A DNA stretch of 64,000 bases from a virus (IMGVR_UViG_3300029288_000072:64001-128000); one strand, 5' to 3'. Positions 1 to 9,603 are shown, numbered from the stretch's first letter. Notes: a model not told the origin generated them from the sequence alone. A program made the numbers and translations.

Positions 1-84
1 AATCAAAAGGTAGATAAGATAAACTCTGCTGGAGGGAATATAAAACGTATAACCGAAAAAGAATTTTTCGAATTGATTAAGTAG
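1..84 (+). CDS. 3' end of a gene, BRCT-like C-terminus (e.g. NAD-dependent DNA ligase or exonuclease BRCT)
   Basis: Frame 1 is open from the window edge: NQKVDKINSAGGNIKRITEKEFFELIK*. I-x-E-x-E-F-x-x-L is typical of BRCT C-termini. Confidence 0.5.
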   Translation, partial: NQKVDKINSAGGNIKRITEKEFFELIK

Positions 85-98
85 GAATAAATACTATT

Positions 99-365
99 AT
101 GCGGAAACAAAAGAATAAACCAAAACGTTTTAAAACCTATTTGGAATATTTAGAATCGTGTCCAGGAAAGAAAGAATATTATACGCATTTTTCCAACCAA
201 AAAGAAGCAGATGAATTTGGTGAGGGATTACGTCAAAATCTTTGTAAAGAACTTGAATGTGGATATTACGAACTAGACACATTTGTTGAGGTCAGAATTT
301 CTCAATTAGCAGTAAGATGTTATTTTGTGAAATATTCTAAAGAGGAATCTCTTAGTTTAGTTTAA
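99..365 (+). CDS. hypothetical protein
   Basis: 88-aa ORF preceded by AGGA and AATAAATA (86-93). Confidence 0.6.
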   Translation: MRKQKNKPKRFKTYLEYLESCPGKKEYYTHFSNQKEADEFGEGLRQNLCKELECGYYELDTFVEVRISQLAVRCYFVKYSKEESLSLV

Positions 366-1587
366 TAGATACTAGATAATCTGCAATTTCGTCATATAAT
401 TTTGCTGAATCTGGGCTATATATTATAGCATTAGATTCTACTACCCATCCAGCACTAGGATTATCAATATCACTTTCCATTGTAACTAAATGAGGAAATC
501 CTATTATTATTTTTGTTCCATTATCATTTGTATCAAAAAACAATGATAAATCATTTTTTAAAGCTAGATCCATAGAAATTTTTAAACCCATTCCAAAATT
601 ACTATTATTTTCTTTTGTTGTAAAACATGTATTAAATAATTTATGTTTGTTTTCTGAGGAGATTCCAGGACCATTATCTTCTATTACTAAATAAAATGGA
701 CTTGCATAACGTTTTTTACCAAATGGACCATAAACATGCGGTTTTAAACTTATTGCTGTATTCTTTTTATATGTTTTAATACATCTCAATTTTAATGATG
801 GTTTATAATTTTGTTTTGTTTTATTTAACATATCATATGAATTATATATTGCATCGCCTGCATTTTTAAATACATTTATTAAAATTCGTGATAAGTCATT
901 TGTATTCATTGGAACATGAATACCATCAAAATCTGGTGAGCATGCATATGAAATAGAAGAAAATACTTTCATTGTTCTTGAAAATGATGGTGCGGTGGAA
1001 ATAATTTTATTTAAATATGGTTGTAATTCTATTATTTTTAATTCTTCTGCATTTTTAGATGATACATATCTTCCATATTCTGTTAGATTATGTATACAAG
1101 ATTCAATTATTTTTACTTGTTCATCAATTGTTTTTATTCTATCTTTAATATTTTTTATCATTAAAATATTTTCAGTATTATTTGAAATTAAATTAAATAT
1201 TAATTTTAAATCATTTAATTGTGCAAGAGAACAAGAATTTATAACTGCTAATGGGGATCTGATTTCATGACTTATAGTAAAAATATGTTCATCATACATG
1301 TTTTCAAGGGATCTTTTGTATTTTAATGATAATTGTTCAAAATCAAGATTTTTTTCTCGTACACAATTCATTTTAAATTTTCGTTTTTGATTATTTGTAA
1401 ATAATGACATTACTAAAGAAAATATTAAGAAATATAACAATATTGATGCGACTTTCAGATATAATGGAAAAATAAATATCATGTTTATTATAACAAATAG
1501 ACATGATACAAATATTATAATACTGGAAAATATTTTAATATTTTTAAAATATTTTTTTATATGGTCATAACATGTCAAATGGGTCAT
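352..1587 (-). CDS. membrane sensor histidine kinase (HisKA + HATPase_c)
   Basis: Two N-terminal TM helices; H-box SHEIRSPL, N-box NVFKNAGDA, G1 EDNGPGI, F-box LFNTCFTTK, G2 NFGMGL. Confidence 0.93.
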   Translation of the reverse strand: MTHLTCYDHIKKYFKNIKIFSSIIIFVSCLFVIINMIFIFPLYLKVASILLYFLIFSLVMSLFTNNQKRKFKMNCVREKNLDFEQLSLKYKRSLENMYDEHIFTISHEIRSPLAVINSCSLAQLNDLKLIFNLISNNTENILMIKNIKDRIKTIDEQVKIIESCIHNLTEYGRYVSSKNAEELKIIELQPYLNKIISTAPSFSRTMKVFSSISYACSPDFDGIHVPMNTNDLSRILINVFKNAGDAIYNSYDMLNKTKQNYKPSLKLRCIKTYKKNTAISLKPHVYGPFGKKRYASPFYLVIEDNGPGISSENKHKLFNTCFTTKENNSNFGMGLKISMDLALKNDLSLFFDTNDNGTKIIIGFPHLVTMESDIDNPSAGWVVESNAIIYSPDSAKLYDEIADYLVSIKLN

Positions 1588-2047
1588 TTTCTATTATTTG
1601 TTTTTCTAATAAAAATTTATTTTCTAATACGGATTCTAACCATGATATAACTCTTACTATATTTGGTTTAGGAATTACTATTGCATCTCCTTTTGATTCT
1701 GATGCTAGTGCTTCTGCTTTTTGACGAGCGGCATAACTTTTTTCGACACCAGTATAAATGCATAATTGTGGTCTTAATGAAGCATTAAAATCTACTATAA
1801 ATTTATAAAGATCAATTCCTGTATGACCATTAAATACCAAATCGAATATACAAATATCAGGAATAAATCCACCTTTAACAAATGTACTACCATGTTCATA
1901 TGCATGTTCTGTAAATGCTTTATTTATGGTAATATTATTTTGTGATATTCCGTATTTAGCAAATGTATTTAAGATATTTTGTTCTATTGTTAAACAAAGA
2001 TCCCCATTATCATCTGCAATTAATACTCCGATTTTTTTGTCTGACAT
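1565..2047 (-). CDS. single-domain response regulator (CheY-like receiver)
   Basis: VLIADD acidic pocket, CIFDL phospho-acceptor Asp, IYTG, IPKP; RBS AAGGGG; overlaps the kinase start. Confidence 0.88.
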   Translation of the reverse strand: MSDKKIGVLIADDNGDLCLTIEQNILNTFAKYGISQNNITINKAFTEHAYEHGSTFVKGGFIPDICIFDLVFNGHTGIDLYKFIVDFNASLRPQLCIYTGVEKSYAARQKAEALASESKGDAIVIPKPNIVRVISWLESVLENKFLLEKQIIENDPFDML

Positions 2048-2056
2048 TTGTTCCCC

Positions 2057-2641
2057 TTAGAAGAATATTTTAAAAATAGCCTTGATACATGTTGCGATAG
2101 GTGCCCAGCCAAAAATTGATGCAAATAACATTAAAAAGAACAATGTAAATATAAAAAATTTAGATGCTGGAGGGGTGAATAATAATTTTATTAATGCACC
2201 CCGTTTACCACCAACAGATGTTGCATATTTTTCTACCTTTCGTATAAAAGTTTTTTCATTTAATCCTCTTTCTATTATTAATTCATTTAATGTTTGACTA
2301 AAATTTTCTTTAGTAGTTTTCAATTCATTTATATTTGTTGAATACATTTCGTATAGTTGAGCATATTCTTTTTCTAATTCTTTTACTTTATTTTCCGCAT
2401 TTACTTTATTTTCCGATAAATCATTATATCTTTTTTCTATTTCTTCAAATGCAATTTTTTGATGTTCTAAAATAGCCTGTAAATTCTTTATTTTTTTATT
2501 TCTGACACTAATAGCATCAATAGCATAAACATTATTACCTAACATATCTTTAGATGCTTGTAACATGTCCATATTAGCATTAGATTTTAACTTAGAATCT
2601 GTCATGTAAAACCTCTTTATAACACTATTTATATTAATCAT
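2057..2641 (-). CDS. coiled-coil protein with C-terminal membrane anchor (likely start 2605)
   Basis: Heptad-rich core and hydrophobic FFIFTLFFLMLFASIFGW; GAGG RBS before ATG 2605; first gene of the kinase operon. Confidence 0.7.
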   Translation of the reverse strand: MININSVIKRFYMTDSKLKSNANMDMLQASKDMLGNNVYAIDAISVRNKKIKNLQAILEHQKIAFEEIEKRYNDLSENKVNAENKVKELEKEYAQLYEMYSTNINELKTTKENFSQTLNELIIERGLNEKTFIRKVEKYATSVGGKRGALIKLLFTPPASKFFIFTLFFLMLFASIFGWAPIATCIKAIFKIFF

Positions 2642-2643
2642 GC

Positions 2644-2671
2644 TTGACTTTTGTTTCTTAGTAGGTATAAT
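2644..2671 (+). promoter_or_regulatory. sigma70-like early promoter TTGACT-N16-TATAAT
   Basis: Near-consensus boxes followed by AGGAG RBS of the 2690 gene. Confidence 0.75.
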
Positions 2672-2689
2672 TACTAATTAGGAGAATTT

Positions 2690-3454
2690 ATGCGATTTAG
2701 TCATTCAAAACTTGAAATAGCACGCAAATGCATGAAGCAATTTCACTACAAATATATATTAAAATATCCAGTATTAGATACAGAACCAACCGAGTTTGGA
2801 AACTTAATTCATGAAATAGCACAAAATTATAAAGGTTCTGGAAAAAAGGAATTGATGTGCTTATATGAAAAATATAGACCTAAATATAAATTTGAGTCTA
2901 AAACATATAAAAATAAAATTAAACTTGCATTAAAAAATATACATGACTTCTGGCAAATAAATTTAAAAAATCAAAAATACGAACCAGAACAGGAAGTAAC
3001 AGAAAGTTTAACCGAATCTATATCATTAAATGGAAAAATAGATGTAATCATATTTAATGATAATAAAGTCAGAATTATAGATTATAAAACAAGTAAGACA
3101 GACAAGTATTCAGATCATACAAACCAATTGGCAATGTATAAAATACTTGTAAATAAAAAATACAATATACCATATGAAAATATGAGTTGTGAAATTGTGT
3201 ATCTTTCTATGGATGAAGTAGATAAATCCGGAAAACATATATTAAATGAAGGATATAATAATATTGTTAGGGAATATGATGTTGATGAATCTGATATTGA
3301 TGTATTAATAGAAGAAATTGAATCAGTTAAACATAGAATAGAAAGAGCAGAAAAAAATAATATTTGGAGAGCAAATCCTACGTGGTTTAATTGTACATAT
3401 TGTTCATTTAATGAACATTGTGATGAAAAATATAAAGATAAAAAAGACTCTTGA
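2690..3454 (+). CDS. PD-(D/E)XK Cas4/RecB-like exonuclease
   Basis: S-x-S...C, GNLIH, GKID, IIDYKTS, QLAMY, C-terminal CTYCSFNEHC (Fe-S type). Confidence 0.9.
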   Translation: MRFSHSKLEIARKCMKQFHYKYILKYPVLDTEPTEFGNLIHEIAQNYKGSGKKELMCLYEKYRPKYKFESKTYKNKIKLALKNIHDFWQINLKNQKYEPEQEVTESLTESISLNGKIDVIIFNDNKVRIIDYKTSKTDKYSDHTNQLAMYKILVNKKYNIPYENMSCEIVYLSMDEVDKSGKHILNEGYNNIVREYDVDESDIDVLIEEIESVKHRIERAEKNNIWRANPTWFNCTYCSFNEHCDEKYKDKKDS

Positions 3455-3478
3455 CTTTTAAATATTCCCATATATAAT
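3451..3478 (+). promoter_or_regulatory. early promoter TTGACT-N16-TATAAT
   Basis: Boxes lie upstream of the HNH gene. Confidence 0.7.
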
Positions 3479-3507
3479 TCGTAAACATTTTAGAAAAAAG
3501 GATTTAT

Positions 3508-4110
3508 ATGCGTACTATACTTCTTGATGCAACTTATGAACCTCTTGGAATAATTTCCTGGAAAAATGCCTGGAAAAAAGTCTTAGACATTAAAGATCCA
3601 AATGGAAAATCTCTATTTGATCCAAAAGCTAATGTTTTGTGGTCATATCCAGAAAAAAAGATTAGATCCGAACATAATTGTTGGGATTGGCCAGCTATAA
3701 TCATTTTAAATAAGCCTTCTCGTAGAAAAAGAAATCATAAAATGATTAATCCGAGTAAACGATCAATTCTTGTTCGTGACATGTATACATGCCAATATTG
3801 TGGGAAAAAATTGTCTAATACCTCTGGTACTAGAGACCACGTTTTTCCTGAATCTAGAGGCGGAAAAACTACCTGGGATAACATGGTTGCTGCATGTAAA
3901 ACTTGTCAGCATAAAAAAGGAAACAAAACCTGCGACGAAGTTAATATGTATCCACTACGTATGCCACAAGAACCAAACCTTATAGAAAGATTTAGAAACT
4001 CTATTAGGATCGCAAGCGCAGTAGAACGTAGAACATGGATCACTGGTCTTAAAAAACTAGGTTTGGATTATATTCTAAACGAAGAAATTAAAGAAGAGGT
4101 ATTGTCATGA
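3508..4110 (+). CDS. HNH endonuclease (McrA/HNH_5-like)
   Basis: RDMYTCQYCG...TRDHVFPESRGG...WDNMVAACKTC; N-terminal LLDATYEPL typical of this family. Confidence 0.92.
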   Translation: MRTILLDATYEPLGIISWKNAWKKVLDIKDPNGKSLFDPKANVLWSYPEKKIRSEHNCWDWPAIIILNKPSRRKRNHKMINPSKRSILVRDMYTCQYCGKKLSNTSGTRDHVFPESRGGKTTWDNMVAACKTCQHKKGNKTCDEVNMYPLRMPQEPNLIERFRNSIRIASAVERRTWITGLKKLGLDYILNEEIKEEVLS

Positions 4111-4871
4111 AAGCATTATTTGCTACTCTTGTTGGAAGTAAATTATACGGTATTTCAACCGAAACAAGCGATACAGATATCAAAGGTATCGCATTAGGAG
4201 AAATATCTCAATTAATTGGACTAGAAAACTTCGAACAGCAAGAGTTTAAAAATGATGTAGAAGACGGACCTTCTAAAATAGAAGGCGTATTATATGCAGT
4301 TGATAAATATTTAAACCTATGTTTTAAAGGAAACCCAACCGTAATTGAAATAGCATTTGCTGATCCAAAATATCATTTATACTCAACTCCAATCGGAGAA
4401 GAGGTTTGTGACTTTGTTCGTAAACATATGTTAACAAAACATTTGTTTAAGCCATATTCTGCCTATCATATGGCCCAAATGCGTAAACTCCAATCACAAG
4501 AAAGAGTTGGAAAACGACAAAAAATTGTTGAAGAACATAATTTTGATCCAAAGTTCGCAGGACATTCGTATCGTCTTGCTAGACAATGTGTTATAGTGAT
4601 GAGAGAAGGAGTTTTGCGTCCAACATTAGATCCAGAAGACAGGGAAATTTGTCTTAAAATAAGACAAGGTAAAAAGTATTTTACCAAAGAATCTGTTTTA
4701 GAATTATTAAAATCTGTCGATACTGAAATGTACGATGCATATAAAACATCTACATTAAAGGAATCTCCTGATTTTAAACTTATTAACAATTTTGTAATAG
4801 ACATACATTTAAGATATATTAAAGGTGAGTTTGATAATCAATTTAAGGTTCCATTTGTTTTCCCAACCTGA
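4107..4871 (+). CDS. pol-beta superfamily nucleotidyltransferase (RlaP/Nuc-transf-like)
   Basis: GSKLYG...SDTDIKG, KGNPTVIE, helical C-terminus FDPKFAGHSYRL. Confidence 0.85.
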   Translation: MKALFATLVGSKLYGISTETSDTDIKGIALGEISQLIGLENFEQQEFKNDVEDGPSKIEGVLYAVDKYLNLCFKGNPTVIEIAFADPKYHLYSTPIGEEVCDFVRKHMLTKHLFKPYSAYHMAQMRKLQSQERVGKRQKIVEEHNFDPKFAGHSYRLARQCVIVMREGVLRPTLDPEDREICLKIRQGKKYFTKESVLELLKSVDTEMYDAYKTSTLKESPDFKLINNFVIDIHLRYIKGEFDNQFKVPFVFPT

Positions 4872-4900
4872 TTTAACAGTTTACGAATTATATATTAAAA

Positions 4901-4938
4901 CCTCTCTTCAATCAATTTTTGAAGAGGGGATTTCTGTT
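4901..4938 (+). terminator. putative intrinsic terminator
   Basis: CCTCTCTTCAA-7nt-TTGAAGAGGGG stem (one GU) then ATTTCTGTT, downstream of the nucleotidyltransferase. Confidence 0.55.
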
Positions 4939-5068
4939 AATAAAATGGAATTAAAATTACTAATTATTAATAAAAATTTAATATTATTAAAGACACATTA
5001 TGGCAATAAATATACAAATGATATTATATGTAAACATAATTTGGAAGATATAGGAATAAAGAAATATA

Positions 5069-5095
5069 TTGACTCTTAAAGTTTTCTGATATAAT
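5069..5095 (+). promoter_or_regulatory. early promoter TTGACT-N15-TATAAT
   Basis: Boxes lie upstream of the 5131 gene; short spacer. Confidence 0.5.
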
Positions 5096-5130
5096 GTCGT
5101 TCTTGATTATTATTTTTAGAAGGAAGAATT

Positions 5131-5787
5131 ATGACAAAGCAACCGATTAAACGACCAAGAGGAAGACCACGAAAATATCCATTAGGAAAACCGCATAAAA
5201 GAAAATATACAAAACGAAAAATAAATAAACAATATATAACACCAGATGAAAATCTGACTAATTTAGAATTGTGGAAACTAGGAAAAAATCAAAAATTTAA
5301 AATTGGTGATGTTGTAGAAAGAAGTACAAATATAGGCGTAATTTATGATATTGGTGATAATTATAAAGAGTATAAAATAAAATGGCATATTGGAAATAAA
5401 TGGGATTATATAGAAGGTTCTGGCGATGAAGATCAACTAAAATTATCTAAAAAGCCAAATCCATTAGTAGTAAATTCATGGGATAGATATCCTGGTCCAT
5501 CATCAAATATGATAAAAAATATAGAAGAAAAACGTAGGAAACAAATTTTAGAACAAGAAAAAAATAAATCTGCAAAAGATGTTGATAAGTTAGTTGAAAG
5601 TATTGAAGAAAGTCATAAAAAATTAAAATATTTAGTGGAAGAAGAAATAGAAGAAGTTGTAGAAGATAAAGCAGAAGATATAGATTGTGTAGTAGATCCT
5701 ACCATAGAAGATGATATTGAAATAATAAATGACCTATCAGTTGAAGAAATGTATAGAAAGATTAAAGAAGAATTGGAGGAAATATAA
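5131..5787 (+). CDS. AT-hook protein with acidic C-terminus
   Basis: KRPRGRPRK motif, basic N-terminus, E/D-rich tail. Confidence 0.7.
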   Translation: MTKQPIKRPRGRPRKYPLGKPHKRKYTKRKINKQYITPDENLTNLELWKLGKNQKFKIGDVVERSTNIGVIYDIGDNYKEYKIKWHIGNKWDYIEGSGDEDQLKLSKKPNPLVVNSWDRYPGPSSNMIKNIEEKRRKQILEQEKNKSAKDVDKLVESIEESHKKLKYLVEEEIEEVVEDKAEDIDCVVDPTIEDDIEIINDLSVEEMYRKIKEELEEI

Positions 5788-6419
5788 TGTTCTTAACAAT
5801 ATTAATCTGTATATTTGTTTGTTATGGAATAACAAATATAATAGTAAATGGAACAATATTTGAAGACATAAAAAAATATTTAATAACAAAATCATCACTA
5901 TTAAAAGATTCATTAACATTTAAATGGGAAGAACAAGGTTGTCCATCGGAAAAATATTTTTTAAACTCCAAAAAAGCAAAAAATATAATTAAAAAATTAG
6001 AAGATATTAAAAAGTCAATAATGTTAGAAACCGATTCACAAAAGGAAAATTCTTTTAATGCTCTATTTCAAATTCATAGAGAATCTTTAGTATTATTATT
6101 TAATAGCGAAGAAAATCTAAAACGTCATATCTCCTTTATTTATAATAAGTTATATAAATTGTCAACATGTATGATGTGTTCTGGGTTTTGGGTTGGATTA
6201 TTTTTAGTAATTTTAACTAGTATAATAAATATAAATCTATTTGGAATGACAATTATATTAATTGGAAATTGTGGTGTAATCTCTTGGTGTATATCAGCAT
6301 TTTTATTATCATGTTTATTTAGTGGAACATCATGGTTTTTAGGTGTACTTTCAACATATTTTGGTAATGGGGAGACGCCCTCTGCTGTAATACATAATTA
6401 TGACCATCAGGATTTATAA
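5787..6419 (+). CDS. membrane protein (DUF1360-like, CxxC-GFW motif)
   Basis: YGITNIIV N-terminal TM, CMMCSGFWVG, further TM helices. Confidence 0.65.
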   Translation: MFLTILICIFVCYGITNIIVNGTIFEDIKKYLITKSSLLKDSLTFKWEEQGCPSEKYFLNSKKAKNIIKKLEDIKKSIMLETDSQKENSFNALFQIHRESLVLLFNSEENLKRHISFIYNKLYKLSTCMMCSGFWVGLFLVILTSIININLFGMTIILIGNCGVISWCISAFLLSCLFSGTSWFLGVLSTYFGNGETPSAVIHNYDHQDL

Positions 6420-7534
6420 TGGCTATTAGTTTTAACAATACATCTAAAGGAACTAATACTCAATTAAGTGAGTGTCTGAAGGATTTATTGTTTGCTTCTG
6501 GAGGGTCTGGTAAATTAGTAGAAATAATAAATAGCATAAATACAGCAGATTTAGAAGGGTTAGGGTTATCTAATATTACCAGAGGAACAGATTTTATTGC
6601 ATCAAATTTACAAAAATTTCAGGATGGTTTACCATTAAGCGATGTATTACCATCAAGCCAATTGCGTCCACCAATCAATATTACAAAAACTGCAACCGAT
6701 ATCGTAGCAGATCTACAAAATAGATGTACAGATTTTTTTCTTGCTGCATTAGATAGAATAAGTCCGATAGATAGACTTGAGCAATTATTAGATTTAGTAA
6801 ATGATTTGTGTGGACAATTGAATTTTTCATCTTTAAGAAAAGTAATTGATAAAATAGAACAAACTCAACGTGATATTATAAGAGAATCTTTAGACAAATT
6901 GACAACTCCATTACAAAAAGCAGCGCAATTAAATGATATGTTAGTTGATGCTATTAATAGTGGTTCACAAGATGCAATTAACAGAATAAATGATGCTATA
7001 GATGAATTAAAATATAACCAACTTTATGATTATGTTAATTCATTAGATCCATTAGAAGCAATAGGAAGATTACAAGCAGAAATAAAAAAACGTACACAGT
7101 TAGGTAACATTCAAGGTATTCAAGAATTGATGGGTGCAATAAATTCTATAGAAGCAACTATAAAATCATCATTAGATAATATAACATCTCCTATACAAGA
7201 TATATTTGATACTCCAGAAAATATTTTAAATGCTGCACAAAATAAAATAGATGATGCATTAAATCTTGGTAATTATGAGGAGATACAAAATATTATTACT
7301 GCATTCGATAATGTTCAAAATGAAGTTCTTTCTACATTACAAAATTTAGATCCTAAAACAATGTTACAAAAAGGATTAACATTATTAAATGATGCATTAA
7401 AAGAAGCAAATATTGCAAAATATAATACTATATTAGATGAAATGGCTAGAAAACTGTGTTCTGAATCACAATTAGGTACTATTCCAGAATTGCCCAACAT
7501 TCCAAATATTCAATTACCATGGATATTAACTTGA
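6419..7534 (+). CDS. helical repeat protein
   Basis: About five degenerate ~47-50 aa repeats (L-x-x-L-D/T-P...A/T-x-x-x-G-N). Confidence 0.7.
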   Translation: MAISFNNTSKGTNTQLSECLKDLLFASGGSGKLVEIINSINTADLEGLGLSNITRGTDFIASNLQKFQDGLPLSDVLPSSQLRPPINITKTATDIVADLQNRCTDFFLAALDRISPIDRLEQLLDLVNDLCGQLNFSSLRKVIDKIEQTQRDIIRESLDKLTTPLQKAAQLNDMLVDAINSGSQDAINRINDAIDELKYNQLYDYVNSLDPLEAIGRLQAEIKKRTQLGNIQGIQELMGAINSIEATIKSSLDNITSPIQDIFDTPENILNAAQNKIDDALNLGNYEEIQNIITAFDNVQNEVLSTLQNLDPKTMLQKGLTLLNDALKEANIAKYNTILDEMARKLCSESQLGTIPELPNIPNIQLPWILT

Positions 7535-7935
7535 TAATACAACATGATGTTTATACATTACGACTTAAACGGTATATTCAAACCGTTTTAAGAAAAGCTA
7601 TTAAAAATAATAATCCATATAAAAAATATATAAAACAATTAATTAAATTAGATATTGTTTTGAAAATGAATTCTAGATTAGCAGAAACTTGGGCATATTG
7701 TACATATGAAGAAAATAAAAGAAAATTTAATGGATTCGAAGTTAACTTTAATTTAGAACTATTTTATGGAATTTCTTCTACTAAATTTAGAAGAGAAATA
7801 ATAACACATGAATTGGCACATTGTATTGATGTGTTAATACGTGGGGATTCATTCCATGATACTGAATGGAGAAATATTCATATTTCATTGGGTGGAACAG
7901 GGGGAACATTTGCCGACCGAAAAGATTTTTCTTGA
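7519..7935 (+). CDS. SprT-like zinc metalloprotease
   Basis: ITHELAH...HDTEW...LGG. Confidence 0.85.
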   Translation: MDINLIIQHDVYTLRLKRYIQTVLRKAIKNNNPYKKYIKQLIKLDIVLKMNSRLAETWAYCTYEENKRKFNGFEVNFNLELFYGISSTKFRREIITHELAHCIDVLIRGDSFHDTEWRNIHISLGGTGGTFADRKDFS

Positions 7936-7965
7936 TTTTTATAATACCTTGATATAATTTCACAT

Positions 7966-8736
7966 ATGAAAATACTTTTAATTGGCGATGTACATGGAAG
8001 ATTTCAAAGATTTGGTAATCATATTTTGAATACCATTAATAGAGGTATTGAATTTGATGCTATAATTCAATGTGGAGATTTTGGAATATATACTGGAGCA
8101 AAAGAAGAATTAAGAAAATTAATGTTTAAAATAAAATTAAATAAATTAATTTATTTTATAGATGGCAATCACGAAGATCATTATACATTATACTTAGTTA
8201 AAAATAAATTAGATAAAATGGGTGTAATTTATCAACAACGAGGAACTATTTTAAAATTAAAAGATGGAACAAAAGTAGGATTTATGGGTGGAGCGTTCAA
8301 TGTAGATCGTCCTCAACAAAACTATTTAAATGGTACTTATAATTTTCCTCATAAATCACAAATAGAAAATTTTTCTAATCTTCTTAAAAAAGAAGGTGGT
8401 GTAGATTTAATGATTACTCATTCATGTCCTTCCAATATTGGTATAGGAATAAAAGGACATCAAGAATTTTTTGAAAGTGGACAAGTATTTATAGGAAAAT
8501 TGGGATTTCCTGTTTCTCCTGTACATGATATAGGCGATTCGTTTTTAACGGATTTGTGGAATCAAATAGAAGGATTTAGACCTAAACATTGGGTATTTGC
8601 TCATGTACATAAACATCATCTATCAAAAGTAGACAATACTGAATTTTGTTCTGTTGGTTGTTGTGATGGAACTGATGAATTACCACAACCAAAAATTTAT
8701 ATATACGATACAGAAACTAAAGAAATATTAATTTAA
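7966..8736 (+). CDS. calcineurin-like metallophosphoesterase
   Basis: GDVHG, CGDFG, DGNHED, ITHSCP, AHVH motifs. Confidence 0.92.
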   Translation: MKILLIGDVHGRFQRFGNHILNTINRGIEFDAIIQCGDFGIYTGAKEELRKLMFKIKLNKLIYFIDGNHEDHYTLYLVKNKLDKMGVIYQQRGTILKLKDGTKVGFMGGAFNVDRPQQNYLNGTYNFPHKSQIENFSNLLKKEGGVDLMITHSCPSNIGIGIKGHQEFFESGQVFIGKLGFPVSPVHDIGDSFLTDLWNQIEGFRPKHWVFAHVHKHHLSKVDNTEFCSVGCCDGTDELPQPKIYIYDTETKEILI

Positions 8737-8752
8737 AAAGGTATAATAGTTT

Positions 8753-9097
8753 ATGAAAAAAATAATAAAACAATATTCCACCGATATATTATGGGCGTTA
8801 TTAGTAACTCTTTTTGAATTATCATGTTTAACAGTATGTTTATTCTTAATTGTTAATTATATTCCGCATGAAATATCTTGGTTGCCAACATCATTTTTAT
8901 CATGGTTTGTTCTGTTGGCAATTTATAGAGTTATAACATATAAATTATCAAATAATAATATTTCACAACCAGATATTCCATCTGGATATAATTCTACTCC
9001 ATATAAGGATAGTACAGATCAACCAATACCTGTTAGAAATGTAATACCAATAGAAGAAGCAGATGAACTTGACAGAGAACATTCCGTCAGAGAATGA
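8753..9097 (+). CDS. two-TM membrane protein
   Basis: Two hydrophobic segments. Confidence 0.65.
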   Translation: MKKIIKQYSTDILWALLVTLFELSCLTVCLFLIVNYIPHEISWLPTSFLSWFVLLAIYRVITYKLSNNNISQPDIPSGYNSTPYKDSTDQPIPVRNVIPIEEADELDREHSVRE

Positions 9098-9521
9098 ATT
9101 CCCTTGGCAATTAAACCAAGGAGAATTAGATGCTAGAACTGGACCTTCAATAGAAGAAGGGCCAGAATTAAAAAACTCTCCCCAATGGTTTAGGTATAAT
9201 AACCAGATGGGAGGAGAAACGGAACAAGAAAAATCTGAAAAACAAATATGTATACAAAAACAACTTGATATGGGTATATTACGCAAAAAAGTTGCACCAA
9301 ATATACAATCTCCAATAGAAGAAGATGTGAAAAAGAAATTTGTTAATTTTACAAATTTATTAAAACAAGATCCTAAATCATTAATACCAGACGTTAAAGA
9401 TACTTTTAAACCGATGGTTGTTGATAAAAATGGAAACAAAAGAAAATTGGGTCCGAATGACAAATGTCCATGTGGATCAGGTAAAAAGTTTAAAAAATGT
9501 CATGGGATAGGGAAGTTTTAA
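9063..9521 (+). CDS. SEC-C metal-binding motif protein
   Basis: C-terminal KLGPNDKCPCGSGKKFKKCHG. Confidence 0.88.
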   Translation: MNLTENIPSENEFPWQLNQGELDARTGPSIEEGPELKNSPQWFRYNNQMGGETEQEKSEKQICIQKQLDMGILRKKVAPNIQSPIEEDVKKKFVNFTNLLKQDPKSLIPDVKDTFKPMVVDKNGNKRKLGPNDKCPCGSGKKFKKCHGIGKF

Positions 9522-9556
9522 TATAAGTTCTTTGTCTAAAAAGACTTAAAAAGTGC

Positions 9557-9584
9557 TTGACATTTAAAATATATATATTATAAT
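9557..9584 (+). promoter_or_regulatory. early promoter TTGACA-N16-TATAAT
   Basis: Perfect consensus hexamers; AAGGAG RBS follows. Confidence 0.8.
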
Positions 9585-9603
9585 GTGCGCAAGGAGATAA
9601 ATT

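Noticed and set aside
2690-3454. Cas4-like gene as part of a CRISPR-Cas locus
   Set aside because: No repeat-spacer array or other cas genes seen; solo Cas4-like nucleases are common in phages
4825-5079. 84-aa ORF after the nucleotidyltransferase
   Set aside because: It spans a terminator-like hairpin and overlaps the upstream gene; at most a 44-aa ORF from 4945, which is unsupported
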